DNA of 64,000 nucleotides from Flavobacteriaceae bacterium (GCA_009926065.1 RFPP01000002.1:29713-93712), one strand, 5' to 3'. Shown: positions 27,285 to 38,215, counted from the stretch's first letter. Notes: generated by a model not told the origin, from the sequence alone. Made by a program: numbers and translations.

Positions 27285-30200
27285 TTATCTTTTAAGCGTA
27301 AAATGACCTTTTGCGGTTCTACCATCTTCAAAATAAATAGTATACCAATAATCATCTGATGGCAGGGGTTGACCATTAAAAGTTCCATCCCAACCTTTAC
27401 TGATAGGGCTTAATTCTTTCAATAATTTACCATAACGGTCAAAAATATAAATCGAAGTATTATAATTTTTTGTTGTAGTTAAACCTAGAACATTCCAAGT
27501 ATCGTTGAATCCATCAGCATTTGGAGTGAAAAATTTTGGAATACCAATAACATTAATTATTTGAGATGTTGTTCCACAACCATCCAGGTCTTTAACATAA
27601 ACGGTATGAACACCTGGAGCGACATCAGTAAAAATATTTATTGTTTGATATGCATTTGGATAATCTAAACTGAAAACATAATTGCCTAATCCTGTTACAT
27701 TTATTATTACAGTATTATTTTCACTCAAATCCATTATTGTTGGCATTTCAAAATGTGCTGCATCTGAAGCTATTACAGTAATTGTTCTAATTCTAAAACA
27801 ACCTGAAGAATTAATTACTTTAACGGTATAAATCCCTTCGGTATTTACATTTAATGTATAAGATGTTGCAGTTGGTATTACCACTCCATCTTTATACCAT
27901 TCATAAGTATAATTTGTTATTGGAGTTCCATCGGTTATTCCTGCATTCAATAACACAAAGAAAGTTGGATCATTACTACAAACTAATGTTGAAGTTTGTA
28001 ACTCAATCACCGGCACCGGATTTACAGTAAATGTAATTGTTTTAGTTAATTTACAAGTTGGATTAATCGGATTGTAAACAACAATTTTAATGTTCTTTGT
28101 TAATGTTACTGGCAATGGATTAGGCAGTGGTGTTGATAAAAGTACATTATTTTCATCATAATATTCAAACGCCATTCCTGACGGTTGATTAAAAGTTACA
28201 ATATCATGAATCGCTTGCGAAGTAGTAAAATCAAACTGACCGTTTTGCAATGCAGGGTCAGTTTCATCATCACAAATAGTAGTCAACGAAGCAGGTATTG
28301 TAAAATCAATGGGTGATTTATCAACTGTAAATTGAATAGTTGTATCATACCAGCAAGCTTGTGGCGTGGTATTGGTTACAACCGCTCTAATCGTTTGTGA
28401 AGTTGAGGAGAATGTTGCTGGAAATGGACTTGTAATTAAGTTATTATTTGAATCTCTCAGCGGGTTATTTGAAGAATCAAAATAAGTGACCGCAACTCCA
28501 GTTTGCCCTAGTAATAAATCGCTTTCTAAGTTAGCAGTATTAAAATTAAAAATACCGTCTGTATTATCGTCACATTGTCTAGGTATATTCACAGTATGTG
28601 CAAAAGGTTTTGCCTGAACATTTAAAGTAACCCAGGGTCCTAAGCCATAACAAGCATTCGTTAAATCGCTATCTACTCTCACCCAAATATTTTGAGTTGA
28701 GGGATATCCTATGTTTCTATAGTTGGTTAAATTAGTTATCTCATTTTGTTGTGCTAAAGCATCAGCTCTATTTCTGTAATATTTAATAAAATAATTTCCA
28801 GTTGATGGTAATAAAGCTCTAATTGTTGGTTCAGTAGAACTAAAATCGAAGGATGCAACACCATCACGGTCATTATTGTTTGCATTGTTATTACCATTAA
28901 TATCTAAAAAATCATCGCATACCGCAGGCAAAGTAATATTATAGGTACTTGGAATATTTGGCGCAGCAACTTTTAAAGTTATTTTTGCAACTCTATAACA
29001 GCCATTAACAGTAGTTACTCTTGTCCAAATGTACATTAGGCTAGGAGTAGTATTTGTAAAAGCAAGTGGAGTAGTTATTTGATCAAAGGTCGGATTTGCG
29101 TTAGCTCCAGCCAAAGAAGTATAATAAGTAAATGTCTCATTTGCCGAATTAGCTGAAATTTGATTATTATTTACAGTCAAATTGAAAGCGGTAATTGCAT
29201 CTAAATCATCGTCACATTGAACTATTGTAATGTCATTAATTACAGGTAATGGATTTACAATTACCTCCGAAATATTGGTAGAAACAGTTCCACAATTTCC
29301 ATTGGCATAAGTGGCAACACAATAATAATATAAAGTTCCTACTACAGAAGTTATTGGGGTATAACTGAGTGAAGTTGCCCCTGAAATTATTGTTCCTCCT
29401 GTATAGGAATTAACAGTATTAGAATACCATTGATAAGTTGGAGTTCCAGTACCATTAATGAAGGCGGTTGTTAAATTAACCGGAGTGTTATTTATACAAA
29501 TAGACTGACTCGCTAATGGTTGTATGCTAACTGATGGATTATTAACTGTTTGAACATTTACTACAGGACTTGTTACTAAACATCCTAATCCAGATTGAGC
29601 AATTACACAATAGTAAGATTGGGTACCTACATTTGAAGTTGAAGGTGTGTAATTTGCATTTGTTGCTCCTACTATCGAGGGGTTGGGAGAGGTATTATAC
29701 CATTGGTAATAATAAGTTCCCACTCCTCCTGTTGGAGTTACAACCAAATCAGTAGGGGTTGTTCCTTGGCAAATAATTTGATTATTTGGGGTAATCGTTA
29801 CAGTTGGATCAGCGACAACACGAACTAAAGCGGTATTTGTTGGTACACTTCCACAATCTAAACCTGAAAAAGAAACCGTTGCATAATAATAAAAGTCGCC
29901 TCCAATATTGAAAGTTGGAGTGAAATAAGAAGTGTTTGTAGCACCTGAAATAGCATTACCACTGGTTGTATTGTTAGTACTTGTACTGTACCACTGAATT
30001 GATGGTGTTCCTAATCCTCCTGAATAAGCTATCGTAAATGGAGCAACAGCTGCTCCCACACAAATATCTTGAGTTGTTAAAGGTTGAGTGGTTATGGTTT
30101 GAACAGGATTTACAACTAAATTAAAGGTAGTAGTTAAAAAACACCCTGAGGCTGCCATAGTTAACCTTACATAAATTATTCTATTTCCTGTATTTATGGA

Positions 30201-32213
30201 AGTGATACCATTTTGACCCAAATTAGCATCATTCTGAGAGGTATGATAAGTAACATTAACACCAGTTTGTGAACCCAATACTTCACTATTTTTTAATAAT
30301 AAGTTGAAAGTTGCAGTTCCATTTGTCGCACTTCCGTCAACGGCATCATCACATTTTGAAAAATCAGTAATTGCATTTATAATTGGAACTGCTGAATTAT
30401 TTACATTAACTGTAGACGATACTAATGGACAAGCTCCAGTGGCAGGAAAACTATATGTATATATCCCACCTGCGTCTACCGCTGGATTAAAAACTCCAGT
30501 TCCAGAACTTAAAACTGGACTCCATGTACCTCCAACTTCTGCGGTACTTCCTAACAAACTGAATAAATTATAAGAAGGTGTAGTTACACACGATGAGGTA
30601 TTTGTGCTAACTCCAGGATTTTTAATTTGCTGAATAGTTACATTTACTTTTACACTTATAGTAGTTAGTGAAGTATTACAAGATTTTGTAAACGTGTATA
30701 TGTATTCCCCAGGTAAATTAATTGAAGGATCAAAAATATTTCCATTTAGTGGGGCTCCACCCGCTGGAACAGTCCATGTTCCACCTGGTCCAGGATTTCC
30801 ATTAATTACCGTGAATAAATCTCTAGTACTATTGGAACAAACTGTGACATTTGTATCCTGAGGGGTACTTCCAAAACCAGAATAGTAACCTGCAAATCCA
30901 ACAGCTGATCCCTGAAATCCAAAAACCCCAACGGCTAAAGGTCCTGTTGAAGTAATATTAAGATTTCCAGATTGATTTGAAACTCTGTAAGATACCCAGT
31001 CGGTATTTCCCAAAACTGCTTGAGCTTGGGATGTAGGTACAGCAACTCCATTAATTGATATTGTTGCGTTAGAGTAGGTCAACATCATTAAGTCAGTTGT
31101 GTAAGTATTGGTTCCTATTTGATTTACATTGGGAATATTAACAGAATTTTGGAAGAAACAGCTCAAAGGAGGTATAAAATTTAATCCGGAGGTAGCAGTG
31201 TCTGAACCCCCACCTAATAATTGATATGCGAAAACAGGCTTACTTGATCGAACATATATATTACTATTATTTGTGCCTTGATAATAAGAATTAGGAACTA
31301 AATAATATTGGCCAGCATTTAATGTAGTTACCGGAGTTGTACTTCCATTTACAAAAATAGCTGTGTTGTCTTCGTGAGCAACTATTAAGGGATTTTCCAT
31401 AGCAGGACTACCATTTCCTTCTATAAATATATAATCGGTTCCAATTTGGGTTGCAGAAACTATTTGGTCTAAAGTTAGGTCAGCCCGACCATTTGCAATA
31501 CCACCTAGTGCATTTCCAGTATTTACAGAAACAGGTTTATCTGAAGTGATTAAACCGCCTATAATACCATCTAGATTAGCAGTTACATTACTGTATCCAC
31601 TAAATACAATGCACTCTCCAGCATTTAATGTAAATGTTTGTGTGTCGGCAGTTATATTTCCAGCACCACTTGAAAAAATTACCCCAGTATTATAATTTGA
31701 TAAAGTTACCGTAGTATTATTTTCAGTTGCCATAACACTGGCTACAAAGTTTTTTCTATTGTCTTGACTTTCATTAATTGTACATCCTAATCTAAAACTT
31801 GTTCCAATTCCTGGTTTTCCTTTTGAAATAATAGTTTCGGCATGACTTGCATGTCGCATTCTAAAACTAACATAAAAATCTTTTGGTCCTTGAAGAATTA
31901 CTCCTCTTCCTGAAACAACGGTATTTACATCACTAAGACTTAAAAACATTTTTGTAGGTTGTCCAGTACCTATTGTAAAAAAAGCTGGGCTGGTTGCCGA
32001 AATAGTAAACGGAGAACCGGCATAAGGTGTTCCATTTCCATCAGTTGCTGTTACTTGAAACGGAGTAGTTTCATTGGTTGACATGTAGATATATTGGTCA
32101 GAAATAGCAGTGTTATCTCTTGAATGTAAAGGCGGTATCCAGTGTTTATTACTCAACTGAGAAAATGAAATCGCAGTAGCGAATAATAAAAACAATAATG
32201 CTAATTTTTTCAT
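27285..32213 (-). CDS. Large T9SS type-B cargo (IgGFc-binding-like N-terminal domain, Ig-like repeats, gliding-motility CTD); probable adhesin
   Basis: ATG 32213 gives a signal peptide; repeated ICxG...YQWY...GAT...YTP...YYYC and CDD..DG..xF(N/D) modules; CTD IPKFFTPNADGFND...FDRYGK...WDGTFNG...DDYW...GHFTLKR. Confidence 0.9.
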   Translation of the reverse strand: MKKLALLFLLFATAISFSQLSNKHWIPPLHSRDNTAISDQYIYMSTNETTPFQVTATDGNGTPYAGSPFTISATSPAFFTIGTGQPTKMFLSLSDVNTVVSGRGVILQGPKDFYVSFRMRHASHAETIISKGKPGIGTSFRLGCTINESQDNRKNFVASVMATENNTTVTLSNYNTGVIFSSGAGNITADTQTFTLNAGECIVFSGYSNVTANLDGIIGGLITSDKPVSVNTGNALGGIANGRADLTLDQIVSATQIGTDYIFIEGNGSPAMENPLIVAHEDNTAIFVNGSTTPVTTLNAGQYYLVPNSYYQGTNNSNIYVRSSKPVFAYQLLGGGSDTATSGLNFIPPLSCFFQNSVNIPNVNQIGTNTYTTDLMMLTYSNATISINGVAVPTSQAQAVLGNTDWVSYRVSNQSGNLNITSTGPLAVGVFGFQGSAVGFAGYYSGFGSTPQDTNVTVCSNSTRDLFTVINGNPGPGGTWTVPAGGAPLNGNIFDPSINLPGEYIYTFTKSCNTSLTTISVKVNVTIQQIKNPGVSTNTSSCVTTPSYNLFSLLGSTAEVGGTWSPVLSSGTGVFNPAVDAGGIYTYSFPATGACPLVSSTVNVNNSAVPIINAITDFSKCDDAVDGSATNGTATFNLLLKNSEVLGSQTGVNVTYHTSQNDANLGQNGITSINTGNRIIYVRLTMAASGCFLTTTFNLVVNPVQTITTQPLTTQDICVGAAVAPFTIAYSGGLGTPSIQWYSTSTNNTTSGNAISGATNTSYFTPTFNIGGDFYYYATVSFSGLDCGSVPTNTALVRVVADPTVTITPNNQIICQGTTPTDLVVTPTGGVGTYYYQWYNTSPNPSIVGATNANYTPSTSNVGTQSYYCVIAQSGLGCLVTSPVVNVQTVNNPSVSIQPLASQSICINNTPVNLTTAFINGTGTPTYQWYSNTVNSYTGGTIISGATSLSYTPITSVVGTLYYYCVATYANGNCGTVSTNISEVIVNPLPVINDITIVQCDDDLDAITAFNLTVNNNQISANSANETFTYYTSLAGANANPTFDQITTPLAFTNTTPSLMYIWTRVTTVNGCYRVAKITLKVAAPNIPSTYNITLPAVCDDFLDINGNNNANNNDRDGVASFDFSSTEPTIRALLPSTGNYFIKYYRNRADALAQQNEITNLTNYRNIGYPSTQNIWVRVDSDLTNACYGLGPWVTLNVQAKPFAHTVNIPRQCDDNTDGIFNFNTANLESDLLLGQTGVAVTYFDSSNNPLRDSNNNLITSPFPATFSSTSQTIRAVVTNTTPQACWYDTTIQFTVDKSPIDFTIPASLTTICDDETDPALQNGQFDFTTSQAIHDIVTFNQPSGMAFEYYDENNVLLSTPLPNPLPVTLTKNIKIVVYNPINPTCKLTKTITFTVNPVPVIELQTSTLVCSNDPTFFVLLNAGITDGTPITNYTYEWYKDGVVIPTATSYTLNVNTEGIYTVKVINSSGCFRIRTITVIASDAAHFEMPTIMDLSENNTVIINVTGLGNYVFSLDYPNAYQTINIFTDVAPGVHTVYVKDLDGCGTTSQIINVIGIPKFFTPNADGFNDTWNVLGLTTTKNYNTSIYIFDRYGKLLKELSPISKGWDGTFNGQPLPSDDYWYTIYFEDGRTAKGHFTLKR

Positions 32214-32245
32214 AATAGTAATCACAAAGTGTAAAAATAGAATAT

Positions 32246-34543
32246 TTATCTCAATAGAGCAAAGTGTCCTTTAATTATTCTATCATTATTGATAGTTATA
32301 GAAAACCAATAATCATCCGCGGGTATTGGTTGCCCGTTATAGGTTCCATCCCAACCACTTCCTCTAGGGTTGACTTGTGTTATTAATTTTCCATATCTAT
32401 TATATACATAAATTGTCATATTTGGATATTTAGCGCTATTTTTTATAGTCCAAAAATCATTAAAACTATCTCCATTTGGAGTAAAAAATCTAGGATAATC
32501 TAATACAAAAACCTTAGTAGGAGTTGGAATTCCGCATCCATTTATATCTCTAATATAAATTAGGTAACTTCCTTCGGCGACATTATAAAACTGAGGGCTG
32601 TTTTGATAATTGATTCCGTCAATTGAAAATTCATATACACCAATCCCAGTATAATTTATTACTATAGAATTCTCATTCCCTGAAAAATCAACTACGTCAA
32701 CAGATGTAATTGTTGCAGTTCCTGAATTTAATGCAATAAATTTCTTTGTAGCTTGACATCCTATTACATTAGTAACTGTAACTGTATATGTTCCGGGGGA
32801 GCTAATATTTGTATAGCTTGTTCCGACTCCATTACTCCATTGGTAACTTGAAAACCCATTTGATACAGCAATTCGCTTCGGATTTCCGTTGCAGATATAA
32901 ACGGTTTCATCTTCAAATCGTGATGGAGAAAAAACGGCTATTTTTAATATTACTGGGGTAATTCCAAAACAATCGGGACCATTAATAATTCTTGCATAAA
33001 TAGTTTGTTCATTAACTATAGAATTGGTATAATTATTAGGTAAAGGATTTTGTTGAGATAGAGCATCATTATTGGTTAAATAGTATTCTACAACTAATCC
33101 AGTTGGCAATCCAGTTAAAATTTGTGGAGTTGCATCGATATTCAAATTAAATGCTGCAAATCCATCTAGATTTCCATCGCTATCACACTTAATAATTGGA
33201 TTTTGTGGACTAATAATTTGATTTGATATTTGCAAATTTACTGTCGCAAAAGCCACACATCCAAAGGAATTTGAAACTCTACCATAAACAGTATTTGTTG
33301 TTGTATTTCTGTAGCTTCTAGGATTTGTAATCGGATTTATATCTGTAATATTCTCAAAGTAAACCACATTGCTCAGTTGGGGGTTATTGCCAGTAATTAT
33401 CGAATCAACTTTCGTCAAATCAAAAGTTGCCATTCCATCACTATCATCATCACATTGAATAAGTCGTGTATTTGTTAATGATGGTTTTGAGCTGTATTCA
33501 ATGGTCACTTCATCTGTTGCAACGCAGTTAGTTCCAACTAATGTGATTTCTACTTTATAAATTCCAGAATCTCTAACGGTGTATATTGGAGAGGTTTGAC
33601 CTACGATTTCATTATTATTTTTATACCATTTATAGGAATAAAATCCAGGAATTGTTGCGTCTAGGGTATAAGTGTCGCCTTCGCAAATAGGATTATTAGT
33701 TGCAATTAATCTATCAGAACCTAAATTTGCACCAACATTAAAACTATTTGCCCCAAGAAAAATTGCTGAATCATAGAGATTGTTTCCTTGGTCAGCAATT
33801 ACTAATTTTATATGATATGGAGTTCCTGGAACTACATTGGCCTCAGCCTTCATAATAATAGTTTGACCGTTAAAATTGGTAGGGTGATTGGTTCCGTTAA
33901 ATGCATCAAAATAGGATTGATTTGCGGGAGGACAAATACTTCCGCTTCCTCTTACTGTATTTATTTTCACAGGAATATTTGTACCTGGAACAATAGCTAA
34001 ATTTTGATAGGGTGTTGAGTTGTCTATTGGTTTCAATAAGAAAGCAAACCCATCTGTATAGTTACATTGGTTAGCTGTAGCATTCAATAAATATTGTTCT
34101 GATGAAAAGATATAATCGAAACTTACTTTATTAGTTATTGGAACGAAGTCAAATTCTAATACAGTTGCATTTATCGAATTTGAAATTCCAAGTGCCGATT
34201 CTAAATCTGAATCACCAAGCCAGTTGGTGCCACCTTGACTCAATATAAAACTATTGGGACCAACCGCAGATGCTGCCCTACCCGTGCTCAATATAATTCC
34301 CTGAGAAAATGGAAAATTGCTGGTTCCAGAATTGAAATAACCATAACTATTTTGACCTCCGCTAAAGGGGTCTCCACTAACAGAAAAATTACTTACGTTA
34401 GCACATGGACTATTGCCAACCAACACGTTTTGCACTAATTGTTGTGCAGTATAAGTATCGTTAACTTGAATGTACTGGGCGTTAATTGCTCTTGAAAAGC
34501 AAATTAAAAGTATGAAATAGAGGGATTTTTGTGTAATTTTCAT
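32246..34543 (-). CDS. T9SS type-B cargo with choice-of-anchor-L-like N-terminal domain
   Basis: Signal peptide; GIILSTG, VLEFDFVP, YTDGFAFLL, HIKLVIADQG; CTD YPRFFTPNGDSFND...WDGTYNG...DDYWF...GHFALLR. Confidence 0.88.
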   Translation of the reverse strand: MKITQKSLYFILLICFSRAINAQYIQVNDTYTAQQLVQNVLVGNSPCANVSNFSVSGDPFSGGQNSYGYFNSGTSNFPFSQGIILSTGRAASAVGPNSFILSQGGTNWLGDSDLESALGISNSINATVLEFDFVPITNKVSFDYIFSSEQYLLNATANQCNYTDGFAFLLKPIDNSTPYQNLAIVPGTNIPVKINTVRGSGSICPPANQSYFDAFNGTNHPTNFNGQTIIMKAEANVVPGTPYHIKLVIADQGNNLYDSAIFLGANSFNVGANLGSDRLIATNNPICEGDTYTLDATIPGFYSYKWYKNNNEIVGQTSPIYTVRDSGIYKVEITLVGTNCVATDEVTIEYSSKPSLTNTRLIQCDDDSDGMATFDLTKVDSIITGNNPQLSNVVYFENITDINPITNPRSYRNTTTNTVYGRVSNSFGCVAFATVNLQISNQIISPQNPIIKCDSDGNLDGFAAFNLNIDATPQILTGLPTGLVVEYYLTNNDALSQQNPLPNNYTNSIVNEQTIYARIINGPDCFGITPVILKIAVFSPSRFEDETVYICNGNPKRIAVSNGFSSYQWSNGVGTSYTNISSPGTYTVTVTNVIGCQATKKFIALNSGTATITSVDVVDFSGNENSIVINYTGIGVYEFSIDGINYQNSPQFYNVAEGSYLIYIRDINGCGIPTPTKVFVLDYPRFFTPNGDSFNDFWTIKNSAKYPNMTIYVYNRYGKLITQVNPRGSGWDGTYNGQPIPADDYWFSITINNDRIIKGHFALLR

Positions 34544-34550
34544 AACTACA

Positions 34551-34558
34551 CAAAGATA
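34551..34558 (-). promoter_or_regulatory. Putative -7 box (TATCTTTG) for the T9SS cargo genes
   Basis: CAAAGATA on the + strand abutting the permease stop codon, 7 nt before ATG 34543. Confidence 0.5.
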
Positions 34559-35398
34559 CTATAAATCTCGTTTTTTTAGCAATTTATAAGAAAGAAAAAC
34601 AAAAATTATAGTCCAAACCAAAACTATTACAATTGAACTAAAATGTACGCTATAGTCTTTACCATTTCCAGCACCACCAATGGCTGTTTGGATATTTTTA
34701 ATAACCGATAATCTAGAAAACGGTTCTACAATTAAATTTCCCATTGACTCTAAAGGAAAAAACTGCATAATGTTATCAGCTGTATTTCCTTTTGGAAAAA
34801 GTTTGAAGTTCAATATACCTTTAGCAATACCTTCTAAAATATTCCAAACAAAAAGGAATCCAATTGCAAAAGCGGATCTTTTTACTAATATTCCTAAAAA
34901 AAGACAGAAAGAAAAGAACCCAAGTAGTTTTACAAAATAAGCTAGTAAATATTCAAGGTCAGAAAAAACAATACTAAATTCCGTATATGAAGAAAAGCTG
35001 TATCCTAGAATTAATGACATTACAAACACAAATAAGGTCGATGCTGCTGCAAATACTACTACAGTTAAAAATTTTGAAAGTACAAATTCTTCTTTGCTCA
35101 TTCCATCAATCAAGTTTTGCTTTAACGTTCCATAACTGTATTCGTTAGCCATCATTGAAACAATTACAATAGCTAAAAAGAATTTTAAGATAGCTGCAAT
35201 ATAGGTATTAAAATGCCATATATAAGGAAAATTAAAAATCCCTTGCTCTGCAATATGAAGTTGGAAACTACCAATATTAAATTTTATAGAAGCTATTAAT
35301 GCGATAAAAGAAAGTATGAAAAAATAGGCTATCGATAATATTCTACTAGATCTGCTCAACCATATTTTTTGTAATTCTATTGAAAGTAATCTTTTCAT
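34559..35398 (-). CDS. ABC-2 type permease
   Basis: About six TM helices; NEYSYGTLKQNLIDG motif; follows the ATPase gene. Confidence 0.88.
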   Translation of the reverse strand: MKRLLSIELQKIWLSRSSRILSIAYFFILSFIALIASIKFNIGSFQLHIAEQGIFNFPYIWHFNTYIAAILKFFLAIVIVSMMANEYSYGTLKQNLIDGMSKEEFVLSKFLTVVVFAAASTLFVFVMSLILGYSFSSYTEFSIVFSDLEYLLAYFVKLLGFFSFCLFLGILVKRSAFAIGFLFVWNILEGIAKGILNFKLFPKGNTADNIMQFFPLESMGNLIVEPFSRLSVIKNIQTAIGGAGNGKDYSVHFSSIVIVLVWTIIFVFLSYKLLKKRDL

Positions 35399-35453
35399 TG
35401 ATATTTATGATTTTAGATTTTTGATATTGTTATTGCAATTGCAATTGATATTC

Positions 35454-36353
35454 CTATTTATTCTTGGTTAATTCTAAAAATTGGTCTTCCAAACTTGTTT
35501 TTCGTTTAACTAAATGATTCAAAAAGATATTATTTTCAAATAAATATTTATTTAAATCGGCTGCGGCCAATGGGCTATTAAGATAAACAAGTACTTTTCC
35601 ATCTTCTGCAACTATTTTTTCAATTGCGGAGTGCGATTGTAAAACTTTTATTAAAGCATCATTATTTTCAGATTGTAATTCGAAAAATCCTTCATTGGAA
35701 GACATTCCATCTACTGTTCCAGAATATAAAATTTTACCTTTTTGTAATACTAAAACATGCGAACATACTTTTTCAACTTCATCAAGTAGGTGAGAAGCCA
35801 GTAAAATAGTTGTTCCTTGCAAGGCAATTAATTTTATAATATCCCGAATTTGATGAATTCCCTGCGGATCCAATCCATTGGTAGGTTCATCTAAAATTAG
35901 GATTTCAGGATCGTTCAATAAAGCAGAAGCAATTGCTAATCGCTGCTTCATACCCAAAGAAAAAGTATTGAATTTGCTATTTTCACGTTCAACTAAACCA
36001 ACTAGCGTCAGTTTTTCTTGAACTTTCGAATAGTCAATATTTTTGATTTTACATACCAACTCCAAGTTTTGTTTGGCAGTCATGTAAGGATAAAAATTCG
36101 GACGCTCTATTATAGCTCCTACTTTTTTTAGTGCTTCATGGGTTTCCACTTTACCGTCAAACCAACTGTAAGATCCCGAAGTTTTATTAACTACATTTAA
36201 AACAATTCCTAAAGTAGTAGATTTCCCACTTCCATTAGGTCCTAAAATACCGTAAACATTACCTTTTTTTATCTCTAGTGAGACATTGTTTACCGCGTGA
36301 ACATATTTGTTATAAATTTTGTTCAGATTATTAATCGATAGTATTGTTTCCAA
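35454..36353 (-). CDS. ABC transporter ATP-binding protein (BcrA/CcmA-like)
   Basis: GPNGSGKST, FSLGMKQRLAIA, ILDEPTNGLDP, SHLLDEVE. Confidence 0.92.
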   Translation of the reverse strand: METILSINNLNKIYNKYVHAVNNVSLEIKKGNVYGILGPNGSGKSTTLGIVLNVVNKTSGSYSWFDGKVETHEALKKVGAIIERPNFYPYMTAKQNLELVCKIKNIDYSKVQEKLTLVGLVERENSKFNTFSLGMKQRLAIASALLNDPEILILDEPTNGLDPQGIHQIRDIIKLIALQGTTILLASHLLDEVEKVCSHVLVLQKGKILYSGTVDGMSSNEGFFELQSENNDALIKVLQSHSAIEKIVAEDGKVLVYLNSPLAAADLNKYLFENNIFLNHLVKRKTSLEDQFLELTKNK

Positions 36354-36421
36354 ATTTTATATTTTTTATAAATGTATGACGTTTAAGGTTTCTAAATGTT
36401 ACAAAAACTATAATTTTTAAC

Positions 36422-36450
36422 AAAAAAAATCCCTTATTTTAAGTAAGGGA
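36422..36450 (-). terminator. Rho-independent terminator after nucleoid-associated protein gene
   Basis: TCCCTTA / TAAGGGA stem with an A8 run reading as a U-tract on the minus strand. Confidence 0.65.
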
Positions 36451-36470
36451 CTAAAAATTTATGTTGTTAT

Positions 36471-37529
36471 CTAGCTTTTTTGCTCTTTGTTGAAATAAAC
36501 TAAGTAATAATACATTTGCTTTTCTTCATCCCAACCTTTTTCTACAAATTTTTCAGCACTCTCGGGATTAATAAAATCCATCTTAATTTGAATGTGTGTA
36601 TCTAAATTGATTACATTTTTTATCGATTTTCGAGCATCAGAAACAGCTGTATTTGCAATAGGAAAAGTAGTCACATCTTCAATACTATATTTTTCACCTT
36701 TATCCACTTTGTAGCTTCTAAATTCTGGAATTAAATCAGGATTGTCCATCACTTCATTTAAGAAATTACTCTCTTCAAATTGATCGTTTTTAGCAAAATA
36801 ATTCACCGAACGATTCATGAACATCACTTCTTGTTTTTTATCTTCTGCAGGAAAAACCACATCTTTAGCAAATCCTTGACAGAATTTTAAATATTTCTTA
36901 GTGATAAAATTTTCGTCCTGAAAAGCATCAACAGATAGGAAATGTTCTAGCCAATATCTTGCATCGTAGCGGTTACTATCAACGGATAAAATCTTATAAC
37001 CTTCCTCTTTTTTGTAATTAAAAATCAAGCATCCTTTGTCTAATTTGCTGAGGTTTATCCCTTGTTGCAAGATCATTTCTAAAGTTGTTCCTCGCTCTTC
37101 AAATTGTAAAAAATCTGTTTGAACCTCACTTTTAAAAACCCCAATAGCATCTACAACATTATTGTCAATATTAACATTAGATAAATAAGTCACATAAACT
37201 TCTCCGTTTTTAATATGCGGATGGTTTGATTGCTCAAATAAATGATTAGTTATTTTCTTAGAAACTTCATGAAGACTACTCGGATTAGCAAAAACTTCCG
37301 AAGCAAATTTGTACATTTCATTGTAATCCAAATCCACTTCGTGTGCAAATTGAAAATAGTTTTCCTCTTTTTCTCTAAAAGATCGGAAGAAATATTCCTT
37401 CATCAAAGGCACAATTTCATCGGTAAGATGAAAAGGTTGTTCAGATAAAAATTGAGTTTCGTTTCTACTTTTATTACCAACTCTATGAATGGATAACGTT
37501 TCAATGTGGGTATTATATAGGTTTAGCAT
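36471..37529 (-). CDS. Nucleoid-associated protein (NdpA/YejK-like)
   Basis: LSIHRVGNK, HPHIKNGEVYV, GINLSKLDKGCLIFN, YWLEHFL; size and pattern match the recalled Bacteroidota family. Confidence 0.8.
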   Translation of the reverse strand: MLNLYNTHIETLSIHRVGNKSRNETQFLSEQPFHLTDEIVPLMKEYFFRSFREKEENYFQFAHEVDLDYNEMYKFASEVFANPSSLHEVSKKITNHLFEQSNHPHIKNGEVYVTYLSNVNIDNNVVDAIGVFKSEVQTDFLQFEERGTTLEMILQQGINLSKLDKGCLIFNYKKEEGYKILSVDSNRYDARYWLEHFLSVDAFQDENFITKKYLKFCQGFAKDVVFPAEDKKQEVMFMNRSVNYFAKNDQFEESNFLNEVMDNPDLIPEFRSYKVDKGEKYSIEDVTTFPIANTAVSDARKSIKNVINLDTHIQIKMDFINPESAEKFVEKGWDEEKQMYYYLVYFNKEQKS

Positions 37530-37656
37530 TTATTTATTTTCGAAAAAAAAGAACCAAGAAAAAGAAGCTTTATTGTTTTTCTTCTTGGCTTTAAGTATTT
37601 ATATTTTTTGTATTTGAGCCTTTGCTCCTTAATTTTAACTTTGGACCTATTTTAAA

Positions 37657-38193
37657 CTACCAATTCTCTTCAGACCCGTAATCCTCAAAACTGTCGTCAC
37701 CGCTGAACATATCTAAATCATCTTCGTCCAAGTCGTCCTCAAATTCGCCATATATATCATCGTGCATATCAGCCTCAAAGTTTTTTTCAATTGCTTCATC
37801 TGGCATTTCACCGTGAGAAAAAATGGTTTCAGGATATGTATTTCCTGGAATCTGTTCCTCAATAGCGGCCAATTCCACTAGGAATGTCCACATATTTATA
37901 AAATCGTAAACGTATATTATCTTCGTATTTTGCTTATCTAATAAATCTTCCAACTGATAATCGCTCATCGTTTTTTGCTCACCCGGAACATCTCCTGAAT
38001 CAAACATTGGAATTTCATCCTCCTGATTCCAGGTATCGTCACAAGTGTAAAACGACGCAACTTCCATTCCGTCAAATCCAAATGAATTGAAAATTGCATT
38101 GTGTAAATCCTCCAAAGTATCGTCAGAAAGTATAGCAATATCTCTAAAAATATCTTCCTCCGCGTCTAGAATTACTCTAAATTTATAAACCAT
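37657..38193 (-). CDS. pRiA4b ORF-3 / IS1096 passenger TnpR-like family protein
   Basis: FRDIAI...TLEDLHNAI...FGF, YVYDFINMWTFLVEL, acidic tail. Confidence 0.75.
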   Translation of the reverse strand: MVYKFRVILDAEEDIFRDIAILSDDTLEDLHNAIFNSFGFDGMEVASFYTCDDTWNQEDEIPMFDSGDVPGEQKTMSDYQLEDLLDKQNTKIIYVYDFINMWTFLVELAAIEEQIPGNTYPETIFSHGEMPDEAIEKNFEADMHDDIYGEFEDDLDEDDLDMFSGDDSFEDYGSEENW

Positions 38194-38215
38194 ATTCTTA
38201 ATTTTTGTAAAGCAA

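Noticed and set aside
26280-35809. Short + strand ORFs at 26280, 29570, 30304, 33812, 34235, 34680 and 35624
   Set aside because: Antisense shadows of rimO, the T9SS cargos and the ABC genes.
37657-38193. TnpR-like/pRiA4b ORF-3 gene as evidence of an IS or plasmid
   Set aside because: No transposase, terminal repeats or target duplication; it sits next to the nucleoid-protein gene as recalled for core Bacteroidota synteny.
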